Source: Alphaproteobacteria bacterium
GTDB lineage: Bacteria > Pseudomonadota > Alphaproteobacteria > Rs-D84
Assembly (NCBI GenBank): GCA_015062445.1
Contig: SUUQ01000007.1
Location: 9,831-73,830 of the forward strand
Direction: 5' to 3'
DNA: 64,000 nt
Below, piece after piece: positions 56,264 to 64,000 of the stretch (positions are counted from its first letter, which is position 1; each line of letters opens with the position of its first letter). A program made the translations under genes and the position numbers. The notes under the pieces were generated by a model. The model made no database searches. It had not been told where the DNA came from and worked only from the letters and a program-made list of their open reading frames with translations.

Positions 56264-57348
56264 TTATAATGTATTTTGATTCGCCTTGTCTACCAATGCC
56301 CGTATTGCCAAATTATCTATATTATTAATTTGTAAATACTTTGCCCGTGCCATTTGCACCAGTATATCTTTTGGTTGGGATTGCAGTGCTGGTGCCTTTG
56401 GGGTGGCATTGTTTATAAAATTAACCAGTTCATCTGTTGGCATTTTCTGGATTTTTTTCAGTTCTTTGCCATATTCTGCGACTGCGATTTTTTTAGTATC
56501 TGCCGCAAAAACATTTGACATGTCATATGTTTTGAACAGGTCACCGATATTTTCACGATTATGTCCTGCATAGATATGTTTTCCATTTTCGTTTTGGATA
56601 AATCTGTCCTTTACAACATATCCCCGCCCCAGGTACATGATTGCATGGAATTTATTTTTGCTGCCCCGATATCTGGGCACAATCAGAATTGTCCCTGGGG
56701 TTAAGTCGTCTGCGCAGTGATGTGTTTTTGCAAATTGTGCTGCCACAGTTTGTTTTATTGAATCTGGTGTTATTGCATATACTTTGTTGCGGCCCAGATA
56801 TTTTTCCAACGCCGCCTGGTACTGTTGCCGTGATTCATACAAGATTCCTTCACGGATGCAGTTTTTATATTCTGCGGACTTATACTTTTCACGCATGTTT
56901 GTTTTGAATTGGGCACATGCAGTCCTGGCACCATTTGGGATAATTGTAATTGTATCACCCATTTGTTTTAATGCCCGCTTCAGCTGCGTATGTTGTCCCC
57001 ACAGACAGTGCTGGCCAATTGGCGCCCCTGGCAATTCCTGGCGAACAGCGGCAGAATATCCATGTTTCCCCAGCAGGGGCTTTAATTTTTTTTGTGCCGT
57101 CAGCATATTGTCAATATACATGTTGCACATTTTTTGTGCCTTGATATTCAGATACAGTTCATCTACATATTGTTCTTGTTGTTTTGGGGTCCAGTATGGT
57201 ATTTCCATGTTCCACGAGACATTTATTTCTGAACCAGGTTTTGCATTTTCATAATTTTTTTCATGTTCATTTTTTGCATTAGTTGCCCCAGATGGCATCA
57301 ACAGTGTCATTGCACAAACGATATATGTATTCATCCACTTTTTTATCA
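56264..57348 (-). CDS. Secreted hypothetical protein
   Basis: Probable signal peptide from MIKKWMN; Cys-containing mature part. Confidence 0.65.
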
Positions 57349-57693
57349 TGTTTTTCCTTTTGCAATCAAACAGCCCCGCCTGCACCTGCCCCAGTGCAGT
57401 GACTGTATATATTTTTTTATTTGATTGGTTCATCGCAGAACATTTCAAAACTGCGACGTACATTCAAACATTGCATGCAAACAATGTTCCGACTTGCCAT
57501 TGCATAATACCTATTACCGGCAGCCCGCCCTGTCACCAGGGAACCAAAATTTCCACATAAATATATATCATTTTATGTTAAATCTGTCAAGGGGCACAGA
57601 TTCTTACTGTTATTTTTTTTCATATTAAACGCATGGGGCGATTGAAATTTTTGTGTTGTTATTTTTTTTGAAATGTTCTAAATTTCAAACATC

Positions 57694-59925
57694 ATGGGAA
57701 AAGAAATTATTGAAAATATTGATTCACAGCAACTTTCAGACGCACTGTCGGAACGTTATTTGTCATATGCGGTCAGTACGATTGTATCACGTGCATTGCC
57801 TGATGTTCGTGACGGGTTAAAGCCGGTACATCGTCGAATTTTATATTCGATGCTGCGTCAGAAACTGGCGCCGAATGCTGCGTTTCGCAAGTGTGCGACG
57901 GTTGTTGGTGATGTGTTGGGGCACTATCACCCACATGGTGACAGTTCTGTTTATGATGCGATGGTCCGCCTGGCCCAGGATTTTTCTGTTCGTTATCCCT
58001 TGATTGATGGCCAGGGCAACTTTGGTAACATTGACGGCGACCCCCAGGCGGCATACCGTTATACAGAATCCAAGATGACGGCGGCGGCCATGTCGATTAT
58101 GGACGGTCTGGACGAAGACAGTGTTGACATGATGCCGAACTTTGATGGCACAACGGTCGAGCCGGTGGTTATGCCCGGTGCGTTTCCGAATTTGTTGGCC
58201 AATGGTGGCATGGGGATTGCTGTTGGTATGGCGACGAATATTCCGACCCATAATGTGGCCGAGGTTTGCGATGCCTTGAACCTGGTTGTTGACAATCCAG
58301 ATGCGACCACATCCCAGATAATGAAAAAGCTGGTTGGGCCAGATTTTCCGACTGGCGGTATATTGATTGACAGCTTTGACACCATTGTAAAGAATTATGA
58401 CACGGGCCGTGGGGCATTTCGTATTCGTGCCCGCTGGGAAATCGAAAATTTGGAACGTGGCGGCTGGCAGGTTGTAATAACAGAAATTCCATATGGCTTG
58501 GTAAAGTCAAAGTTGGTTGAACAGATTGCATCCCTGATTGATGGTAAAAAGTTACCATTGGTTGATGACATTATTGATGAATCGACCACAGATGTTCGGA
58601 TTGTGATTACACCAAAGTCCCGCAATATTCCTGCGGACAAGATGATGGCACATCTGTTTGCGATGACGGATTTAGAATATCGCTTTAACATGAATTTTAA
58701 CGTGATTGATTCACGTGGTGCGCCCCGTGTTGTGCCGATTGGGGATGTGTTGCGTGAATTTATTGCCCATCAGTTGACGGTATTGCAGCGTCGTACACAC
58801 TGGCGTCTGAATAATATTGCCCGCCGGCTAGAGATATTGGGTGGGTTATTGGTTGTATACTTGAATCTGGACCGTGTTATCGAGATTATCCGCAACGAAG
58901 ACGATGCGAAATCGGTATTAATGGCAGAATTTAATTTGACCGAGGTTCAGGTCGAAGCGATATTAAACACCCGCCTGCGTTCACTGCGCAAATTGGAAGA
59001 GATGGAAATCAAACGTGAAGATGCGGCCCTGCGTGCGGAACAAGAACAGTTAATGGCATTGCTGGCGGATCCTGAAATCCAAAATGCTCAGTTAAAGGCA
59101 TGGTTCAACGACATTAAAAAGACATATGATAAAAAAACAAAGTTGGGACGTCGTCGTACAACCTGGGCAGAACAGACCGAAGAAATCACTGTCAATGCCG
59201 ACGAGTTTATTGAAAAAGAACCGTTGACTATAATTTTATCAACCATGGGCTGGATACGTGCGGCCAAGGGGCATCTGGACCTGAATTCACTGGATTTGAA
59301 ATTCAAAGAAGGGGACGAGTTGCACACTGCGTTCCATGCCCAGTCAACAGACAAGATAAATTTATTCGGCACATCTGGCAAGATGTTTACTTTGTCTGCG
59401 AACGAATTGCCGTCTGCCCGTGGTTTTGGTGAATCTGTTCGCATGATGGCGGATATTGCGGCGGATGAAAATATTGTTCGTGCATTTGTGCTGGATATTA
59501 ATGCGCGATATCTGTTGGTGTCACGTCATGGCAATGGGTTTATAATATCGGGTGAAAATTGCCTGGCCCAGACCCGAAATGGTAAACAGGTTATGAACAC
59601 AGAACCTGGCAATCCGGCGCACATGTGTGTGTTGGTATCTGGCGATACGGTTGCGATGTCTGGTTCAAACGATAAATTGCTGATATTTGCGGCATCTGAA
59701 ATACCTGAAATGACCCGTGGCAAAGGGGTAATATTGCAAAAGTATAATGCCGAACGCACATATGTATTGGATGTTATGTTTTTTGATGCGGCGAACGGAT
59801 TTGGTTGGACAACTGGCCGTGGTACGACCAAGATGGATGATTGGTCGCCGTGGCGTGCCAAACGTGCATCCCAGGGGCGCACAATCCCGGTCGGGTTCCC
59901 TCGCAGTGGAAAATTCAACAAATAA
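57694..59925 (+). CDS. parC: DNA topoisomerase IV subunit A
   Basis: [24 protein letters not shown] and AAYRYTE motifs; 743 aa without a GyrA-box. Confidence 0.93.
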   Translation: MGKEIIENIDSQQLSDALSERYLSYAVSTIVSRALPDVRDGLKPVHRRILYSMLRQKLAPNAAFRKCATVVGDVLGHYHPHGDSSVYDAMVRLAQDFSVRYPLIDGQGNFGNIDGDPQAAYRYTESKMTAAAMSIMDGLDEDSVDMMPNFDGTTVEPVVMPGAFPNLLANGGMGIAVGMATNIPTHNVAEVCDALNLVVDNPDATTSQIMKKLVGPDFPTGGILIDSFDTIVKNYDTGRGAFRIRARWEIENLERGGWQVVITEIPYGLVKSKLVEQIASLIDGKKLPLVDDIIDESTTDVRIVITPKSRNIPADKMMAHLFAMTDLEYRFNMNFNVIDSRGAPRVVPIGDVLREFIAHQLTVLQRRTHWRLNNIARRLEILGGLLVVYLNLDRVIEIIRNEDDAKSVLMAEFNLTEVQVEAILNTRLRSLRKLEEMEIKREDAALRAEQEQLMALLADPEIQNAQLKAWFNDIKKTYDKKTKLGRRRTTWAEQTEEITVNADEFIEKEPLTIILSTMGWIRAAKGHLDLNSLDLKFKEGDELHTAFHAQSTDKINLFGTSGKMFTLSANELPSARGFGESVRMMADIAADENIVRAFVLDINARYLLVSRHGNGFIISGENCLAQTRNGKQVMNTEPGNPAHMCVLVSGDTVAMSGSNDKLLIFAASEIPEMTRGKGVILQKYNAERTYVLDVMFFDAANGFGWTTGRGTTKMDDWSPWRAKRASQGRTIPVGFPRSGKFNK

Positions 59926-59950
59926 AATTCGCCCGATTGGGCGGATTTTT

Positions 59951-60877
59951 TTACTTTTCAAATACACTGAATAATTCCCAGTGGTCACTGCCGACGAATT
60001 GATCAACAGGTATCAGGACGCTCAACCTGTATCCGCCCCGTTCCAGTGTATTTTTATCACGCATAAATGTACCTGGATTGCATGATACATAGATTATACG
60101 TTTTACATTGCTTTTAATAATTTCGTGGCATTGTGCATCTGCCCCCGCCCGTGGTGGGTCCATAACAATGGTGTCATAATTGTCCAGCATCCCAACCGTC
60201 AGTGGTTTTTTGAACAGGTCACGTTTTACACCGGTTCCGACAATATCGAAACCATCTGCGTTTAATTCAAATGTAAAATTCCCCAGTCCACAGAACAAAT
60301 CCGCCACTCGCTTTGCGCCTGTGGCATATTGCTTAACCAGATTGCGCAGAATGTCCGCCCCCATAACACTGGGTTGCAGAAATGCATTTGCGGGGTACTC
60401 GACATGATGTTCAGAAAAAGTAACAATTGGCATCTGTGTTTGTTTAATAATTTTACCATTCCATGTTATTCTGATGGCATCCAGTGCATCCGCTGCATTT
60501 TTGAATTCGGGGGTAAAGTAGGGAACGTTTGAATTGATTGCGATATCAATTCCATTGTCGCATTCTGTAATCAGGCATGACCCTGCGCCACACCATGGCA
60601 TCTTTGCCAGGGCGGGTAAAATCCGATTGATTCTATCTGTTGCGTTTGGACAACACTCGATTGGAATAATGTTTTTTGTTCCGGACTGAAAGAATCCGAA
60701 TGTGCCGGCCCCAAATGCCGCATCAATTCGTCTGCGAATACCCGGCATTGTCCAAACAGGTGTATCGCAATCCAGGTTCTTTGGCAACAGTTCTGATTTT
60801 TTTTGGCAATAATCCAGTGCTGTAAAATCGAACTTACAGCCCCCACATCTGCCAAAGAACGGACATGTCTTTTTCAT
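59951..60877 (-). CDS. rlmD: RNA m5U methyltransferase (RlmD/RumA family, no TRAM domain)
   Basis: CPFFGRCGGC, FLQP, DLFCGLG, DPPRAG and YVSCNP motifs. Confidence 0.8.
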   Translation of the reverse strand: MKKTCPFFGRCGGCKFDFTALDYCQKKSELLPKNLDCDTPVWTMPGIRRRIDAAFGAGTFGFFQSGTKNIIPIECCPNATDRINRILPALAKMPWCGAGSCLITECDNGIDIAINSNVPYFTPEFKNAADALDAIRITWNGKIIKQTQMPIVTFSEHHVEYPANAFLQPSVMGADILRNLVKQYATGAKRVADLFCGLGNFTFELNADGFDIVGTGVKRDLFKKPLTVGMLDNYDTIVMDPPRAGADAQCHEIIKSNVKRIIYVSCNPGTFMRDKNTLERGGYRLSVLIPVDQFVGSDHWELFSVFEK

Positions 60878-61530
60878 CAGAAACTGATGCGTGCCCCTGC
60901 ACGGAATTGGTGTGCTGCAGGTGCCAGGTCTTTGACTGCATCTGTGCCTGGGTTAAACATGTAAAAATATCTGTACCCGAAATCCAGTGCAAAGTATTCA
61001 TTAAATTCAATACCCAGACCCGCCAATGCTGCTGCCACTGGTGCGATTTTTTTATCCAGTTTTATCCCGTCATCTGCGCTGTTCCATGACAGACCCGCCC
61101 CAACACCAACGTATGGTACAATCATCTGGCTGCGGAAAATGCGATAGATATTATCGATACGTGCATCCCAAATTGCATTCAGCATGAATGTGTCGCCACT
61201 GAATGACAATGCATTCCATTCTGCATTGGTTCTTTGATAGTTTAATTCGGTTCTGAACGTGTCGAATATACGCAGTCCGACCATTGCTTCGAAACTGGAC
61301 GTATTTTTTCCATTGATGCTGACGTTGTTATCATCTGTAAAATCCTGCCACATGGTAAAGTTATACATTCCACCGACATAGAATCTGTGGTTTCGTGCGT
61401 ATGCCTCGCTGTCAAGACCGGTTGGGGTTTGCGGTGCGGGCATTTTTATTTGTTCCACACGATATGGTATTGCCGCATTTGCCACCATTGGCAACATGCA
61501 GACGATTGGTAATAAAAGTTTTGCTTTCAT
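60877..61530 (-). CDS. Outer-membrane beta-barrel protein
   Basis: Signal peptide; VPYVGVGAG; terminal AGARISF. Confidence 0.85.
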   Translation of the reverse strand: MKAKLLLPIVCMLPMVANAAIPYRVEQIKMPAPQTPTGLDSEAYARNHRFYVGGMYNFTMWQDFTDDNNVSINGKNTSSFEAMVGLRIFDTFRTELNYQRTNAEWNALSFSGDTFMLNAIWDARIDNIYRIFRSQMIVPYVGVGAGLSWNSADDGIKLDKKIAPVAAALAGLGIEFNEYFALDFGYRYFYMFNPGTDAVKDLAPAAHQFRAGARISF

Positions 61531-61553
61531 AATATTAACCCCTGTATTATTGT

Positions 61554-62330
61554 CTAGAAATTAACCCGCACAGATGCCATGATATTGCTGATATTATCAA
61601 CACCGCCGGCCCGAACATTCCAACCAAATCCATTTCCAATCATCATTTGATATTGGTATGCAACATCAATTCCAATCATATCGGTCAGCATGACATTAAA
61701 TCCAGCCGTTGCCTGTGGCACAGCAATAACAAATCCGTCTGCGCCGCCACCACCCTGAAAATCATAGACCCCCATACCTGCACCAACACCGACAAACGGC
61801 ACAAATGTTCTGCGACGTGTGATGTCGCCATTTTGCACATATCGTCTGGCCAGGTCAAAGTACAGCATTCCACTGATTGTCTGATATGTTGCCTGGCGAT
61901 TATCCAGGTCAGAAAATTTGAACGTTGATTCCTGGAAATCAATTTCTGTACGCACATACGAAGACAAATTCCACCCCAGGCCGATTTGGGTTGTATAACT
62001 GCCAGAACTTTCATAATCTGTACCGTTATATTGTGCCATATCTGTTGCGAATCCCAGGTTCAGTCCCCCACCCATACGCAGATACATAGACGTTGGGATA
62101 TACATTTGAATGTCGTCTGGTTGGACTGCCCCTTCGATTTCATAAACTTCACGTCCCAGTTCACCTGGTGCATTTGTTGGTGTGACTTCAATTGTATCTG
62201 CCGCCCCAATCAGATCCAGCCCAGTCAGTATTTCTGCCTGAAACTTTGCATCGTCATACCGTGCAGATGCATCAGTTGCCACCATCATTCCCAGCAAGAT
62301 TGCCAATCCTGAAAATTTTTTTATACTCAT
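61554..62330 (-). CDS. Outer-membrane beta-barrel protein
   Basis: Signal peptide; VRTEIDF, VPFVGVGAG; terminal SVRVNF. Confidence 0.85.
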   Translation of the reverse strand: MSIKKFSGLAILLGMMVATDASARYDDAKFQAEILTGLDLIGAADTIEVTPTNAPGELGREVYEIEGAVQPDDIQMYIPTSMYLRMGGGLNLGFATDMAQYNGTDYESSGSYTTQIGLGWNLSSYVRTEIDFQESTFKFSDLDNRQATYQTISGMLYFDLARRYVQNGDITRRRTFVPFVGVGAGMGVYDFQGGGGADGFVIAVPQATAGFNVMLTDMIGIDVAYQYQMMIGNGFGWNVRAGGVDNISNIMASVRVNF

Positions 62331-62414
62331 GTTTCACCTGTGAATTATTATCGAATAAAATTGTATCATAAATTGCGACTTGATTCCAGTCAGATTTAAT
62401 CGTACTATTACACC

Positions 62415-63254
62415 ATGTGCAAAAAGAAAACAGAAAACAAATCGGATAAGAAAATCGCCCTGATTGCGGGTGCATTGGATTTGCCGTTTTTCACACGTGA
62501 TGCACTGCGGCGTGCGGGCTGGGACGTGTTTGTGATTGGGTTGCGTGGGTTCGTAGATATGCGTCTGAATCCTGACATGGTAATTCGCCTGGGGGGTGGT
62601 GGTCGTGCGGCCCGTGCGGTTCGGCGTCGTGGGATACGTAAATTGGTATTTGTTGGTGCCCTGGGGCATCCGAATTTATCTGACGTTCGGCCTGATTTTT
62701 GGTCGTTGCGAATATTGCTGAAATTATTAAGACATCAACGGGGGTATGATTCAATGGCAGTTGCGTTAAATAAAGTTCTTGAAGGGCAGGGGTTTGAAAT
62801 TGTTGCGGCCCAGGATTTGGCGCCAGAATTGACGTTTGAAACAGCGGGGGTTCAGACACGGGCCCAGCCCAGCAAATCTGACACCAAGAATATTGAACGT
62901 GCCATAGATGTTTCGCACACCATTGGCACTGCGGACATTGGTGCATCGGTTGTTGTTGATTCCCAGGTAATTGCGGTCGAGGCGGCCGAAGGCACAGCCC
63001 GCATGCTGGAACGTGTTGTATCTATGCGCACATCGAAACGTCGTCCCAGCGGTGTTTTTGCCAAGATGACCAAACCCGGCCAGGATTTACGCATAGATAT
63101 CCCTGCGATTGGTGTTGATACAGTAAATGCGGTTGCAGATGCCAAATTGCGTGGGATTGTTGTAAATACGAAAACGTGTTTTGTTGTAAACAAACCTGCG
63201 GTTATTTCTGCTGCGAATGAACGCGGCATATTTATCCTGGCATTGGACGAATAA
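62415..63254 (+). CDS. lpxI: UDP-2,3-diacylglucosamine pyrophosphatase LpxI
   Basis: IALIAG..DLP, DIGASVVV, VEAAEGT, KMTKPGQDLRIDIPAIG motifs. Confidence 0.9.
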   Translation: MCKKKTENKSDKKIALIAGALDLPFFTRDALRRAGWDVFVIGLRGFVDMRLNPDMVIRLGGGGRAARAVRRRGIRKLVFVGALGHPNLSDVRPDFWSLRILLKLLRHQRGYDSMAVALNKVLEGQGFEIVAAQDLAPELTFETAGVQTRAQPSKSDTKNIERAIDVSHTIGTADIGASVVVDSQVIAVEAAEGTARMLERVVSMRTSKRRPSGVFAKMTKPGQDLRIDIPAIGVDTVNAVADAKLRGIVVNTKTCFVVNKPAVISAANERGIFILALDE

Positions 63255-63278
63255 AAAATCCCCCGATTGGGGGATTTT
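63253..63278. terminator. Bidirectional terminator of the GATT-loop family
   Basis: aaaaaatccccc-gatt-gggggatttt, same core as 28935 and 29441. Confidence 0.8.
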
Positions 63279-63279
63279 A

Positions 63280-63549
63280 TTATTTTGCGTCTGTTTCTTC
63301 TGGGATTACGGAAACAGTTTTACGGTCGCCGTTACCCTTTTTGAACTTCACAATACCGGCAATTTTTGCAAATATTGTGTGGTCTTTACCCATACCAACA
63401 TTCAGACCAGGGTGTACAGATGTACCACGTTGGCGAATGATGATGTTTCCTGGGATAACGCGGCTGCCGCCGGCTTTTTTAACACCTAATCTGCGTCCTG
63501 CCGAGTCGCGTCCATTGGTTGATGCGGAACCCGCTTTCTTATGTGCCAT
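63280..63549 (-). CDS. rpmA: 50S ribosomal protein L27
   Basis: [24 protein letters not shown]; IIIRQRGT. Confidence 0.97.
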   Translation of the reverse strand: MAHKKAGSASTNGRDSAGRRLGVKKAGGSRVIPGNIIIRQRGTSVHPGLNVGMGKDHTIFAKIAGIVKFKKGNGDRKTVSVIPEETDAK

Positions 63550-63560
63550 AACTTCGCTCC

Positions 63561-63860
63561 TTAGGCTTTAATATCTGTTATTTTCAGAACAGTGATATAC
63601 TGACGATGGCCCGCTGTGCGGCGATAGTTCTGACGACGTTTCTTTTTGAACACCAAGATTTTATCAGCACGTTTCTGTTCGATTACTTCTGCGACGACCT
63701 TTGCCCCTTCTACGAATGGGGTACCGATTTTATCGCCGACCATTAATACCTGGTCAAATTCGACCGTACCTTCGGCATTCAGTTTTTCAACCTTGATAAT
63801 ATCGCCGTTTGCCACACGATATTGTTTGCCGCCGGTTTGAAAGATTGCAAAATCGCTCAT
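63561..63860 (-). CDS. rplU: 50S ribosomal protein L21
   Basis: [13 protein letters not shown]; [17 protein letters not shown]. Confidence 0.97.
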   Translation of the reverse strand: MSDFAIFQTGGKQYRVANGDIIKVEKLNAEGTVEFDQVLMVGDKIGTPFVEGAKVVAEVIEQKRADKILVFKKKRRQNYRRTAGHRQYITVLKITDIKA

Positions 63861-64000
63861 TTTCTTTCTCTTACTTTTGTTACTTGTTTACAATTTTTTA
63901 CGCCATTTGGCGAAAAGTTTATGCAAATTGTATGTTTTTTTATATAAAAGTCAAGTGTTTTGTAGAAGTTTTTATGCAAAACGTGTTTTTTGTGCCAAGA

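Noticed and set aside
56240-56270. 6S RNA downstream of zapA (common synteny)
   Set aside because: Only a 25-bp terminator separates zapA from the next convergent ORF.
1-64000. CRISPR array, integrase, transposase, reverse transcriptase/DGR, rRNA
   Set aside because: No regularly spaced repeat-spacer run; no ORF with tyrosine/serine recombinase, DDE, HUH or YxDD RT motifs; no rRNA-like tract seen.

Overview
A 64-kb chromosomal window from an AT-rich, probably anaerobic alphaproteobacterium. LpxI, an alpha-type LptE-holA pair, class III RNR and a ferredoxin support this; a gut Rs-D84/Enterousia-like lineage is a guess. It holds two accessory islands, each next to the 3' end of a tRNA gene. 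Island 1 (1-15700, beside tRNA-Thr) carries NUDIX, a CoiA-like nuclease, a DinB/YolD mutagenesis pair, a PIF1-like helicase between 182-bp direct repeats, an SNF2 + DUF4391 + type III restriction-modification operon and an ADP-ribosylglycohydrolase. Island 2 (34060-42900, beside tRNA-Ser) carries an MBL/beta-CASP hydrolase, PD-(D/E)XK, GIY-YIG and HNH nucleases, a tandem AAA+ ATPase, a WYL regulator and two ankyrin proteins; its two plus-strand promoters share an identical 16-bp operator-like palindrome. The rest is core genes (trhP, glyQS, lgt, nrdDG, holA, map, radC, zapA, parC, rlmD, lpxI, rpmA, rplU), beta-barrel and secreted orphans, and a possible polymorphic toxin. The most striking signal is non-coding: three promoter-driven leaders (16.1 kb plus strand; 29.2 and 29.7 kb minus strand) share an antisense/antiterminator/terminator layout whose long-range pairing segments differ between copies yet stay complementary within each copy. 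This resembles phage P1 C4 / P4 CI RNA immunity switches. Two of the leaders sit in tandem ~500-bp cassettes encoding the same 72-aa HTH sequence. No integrase, transposase, reverse transcriptase, CRISPR array or rRNA was found. All calls are from reading the sequence; no searches were run.
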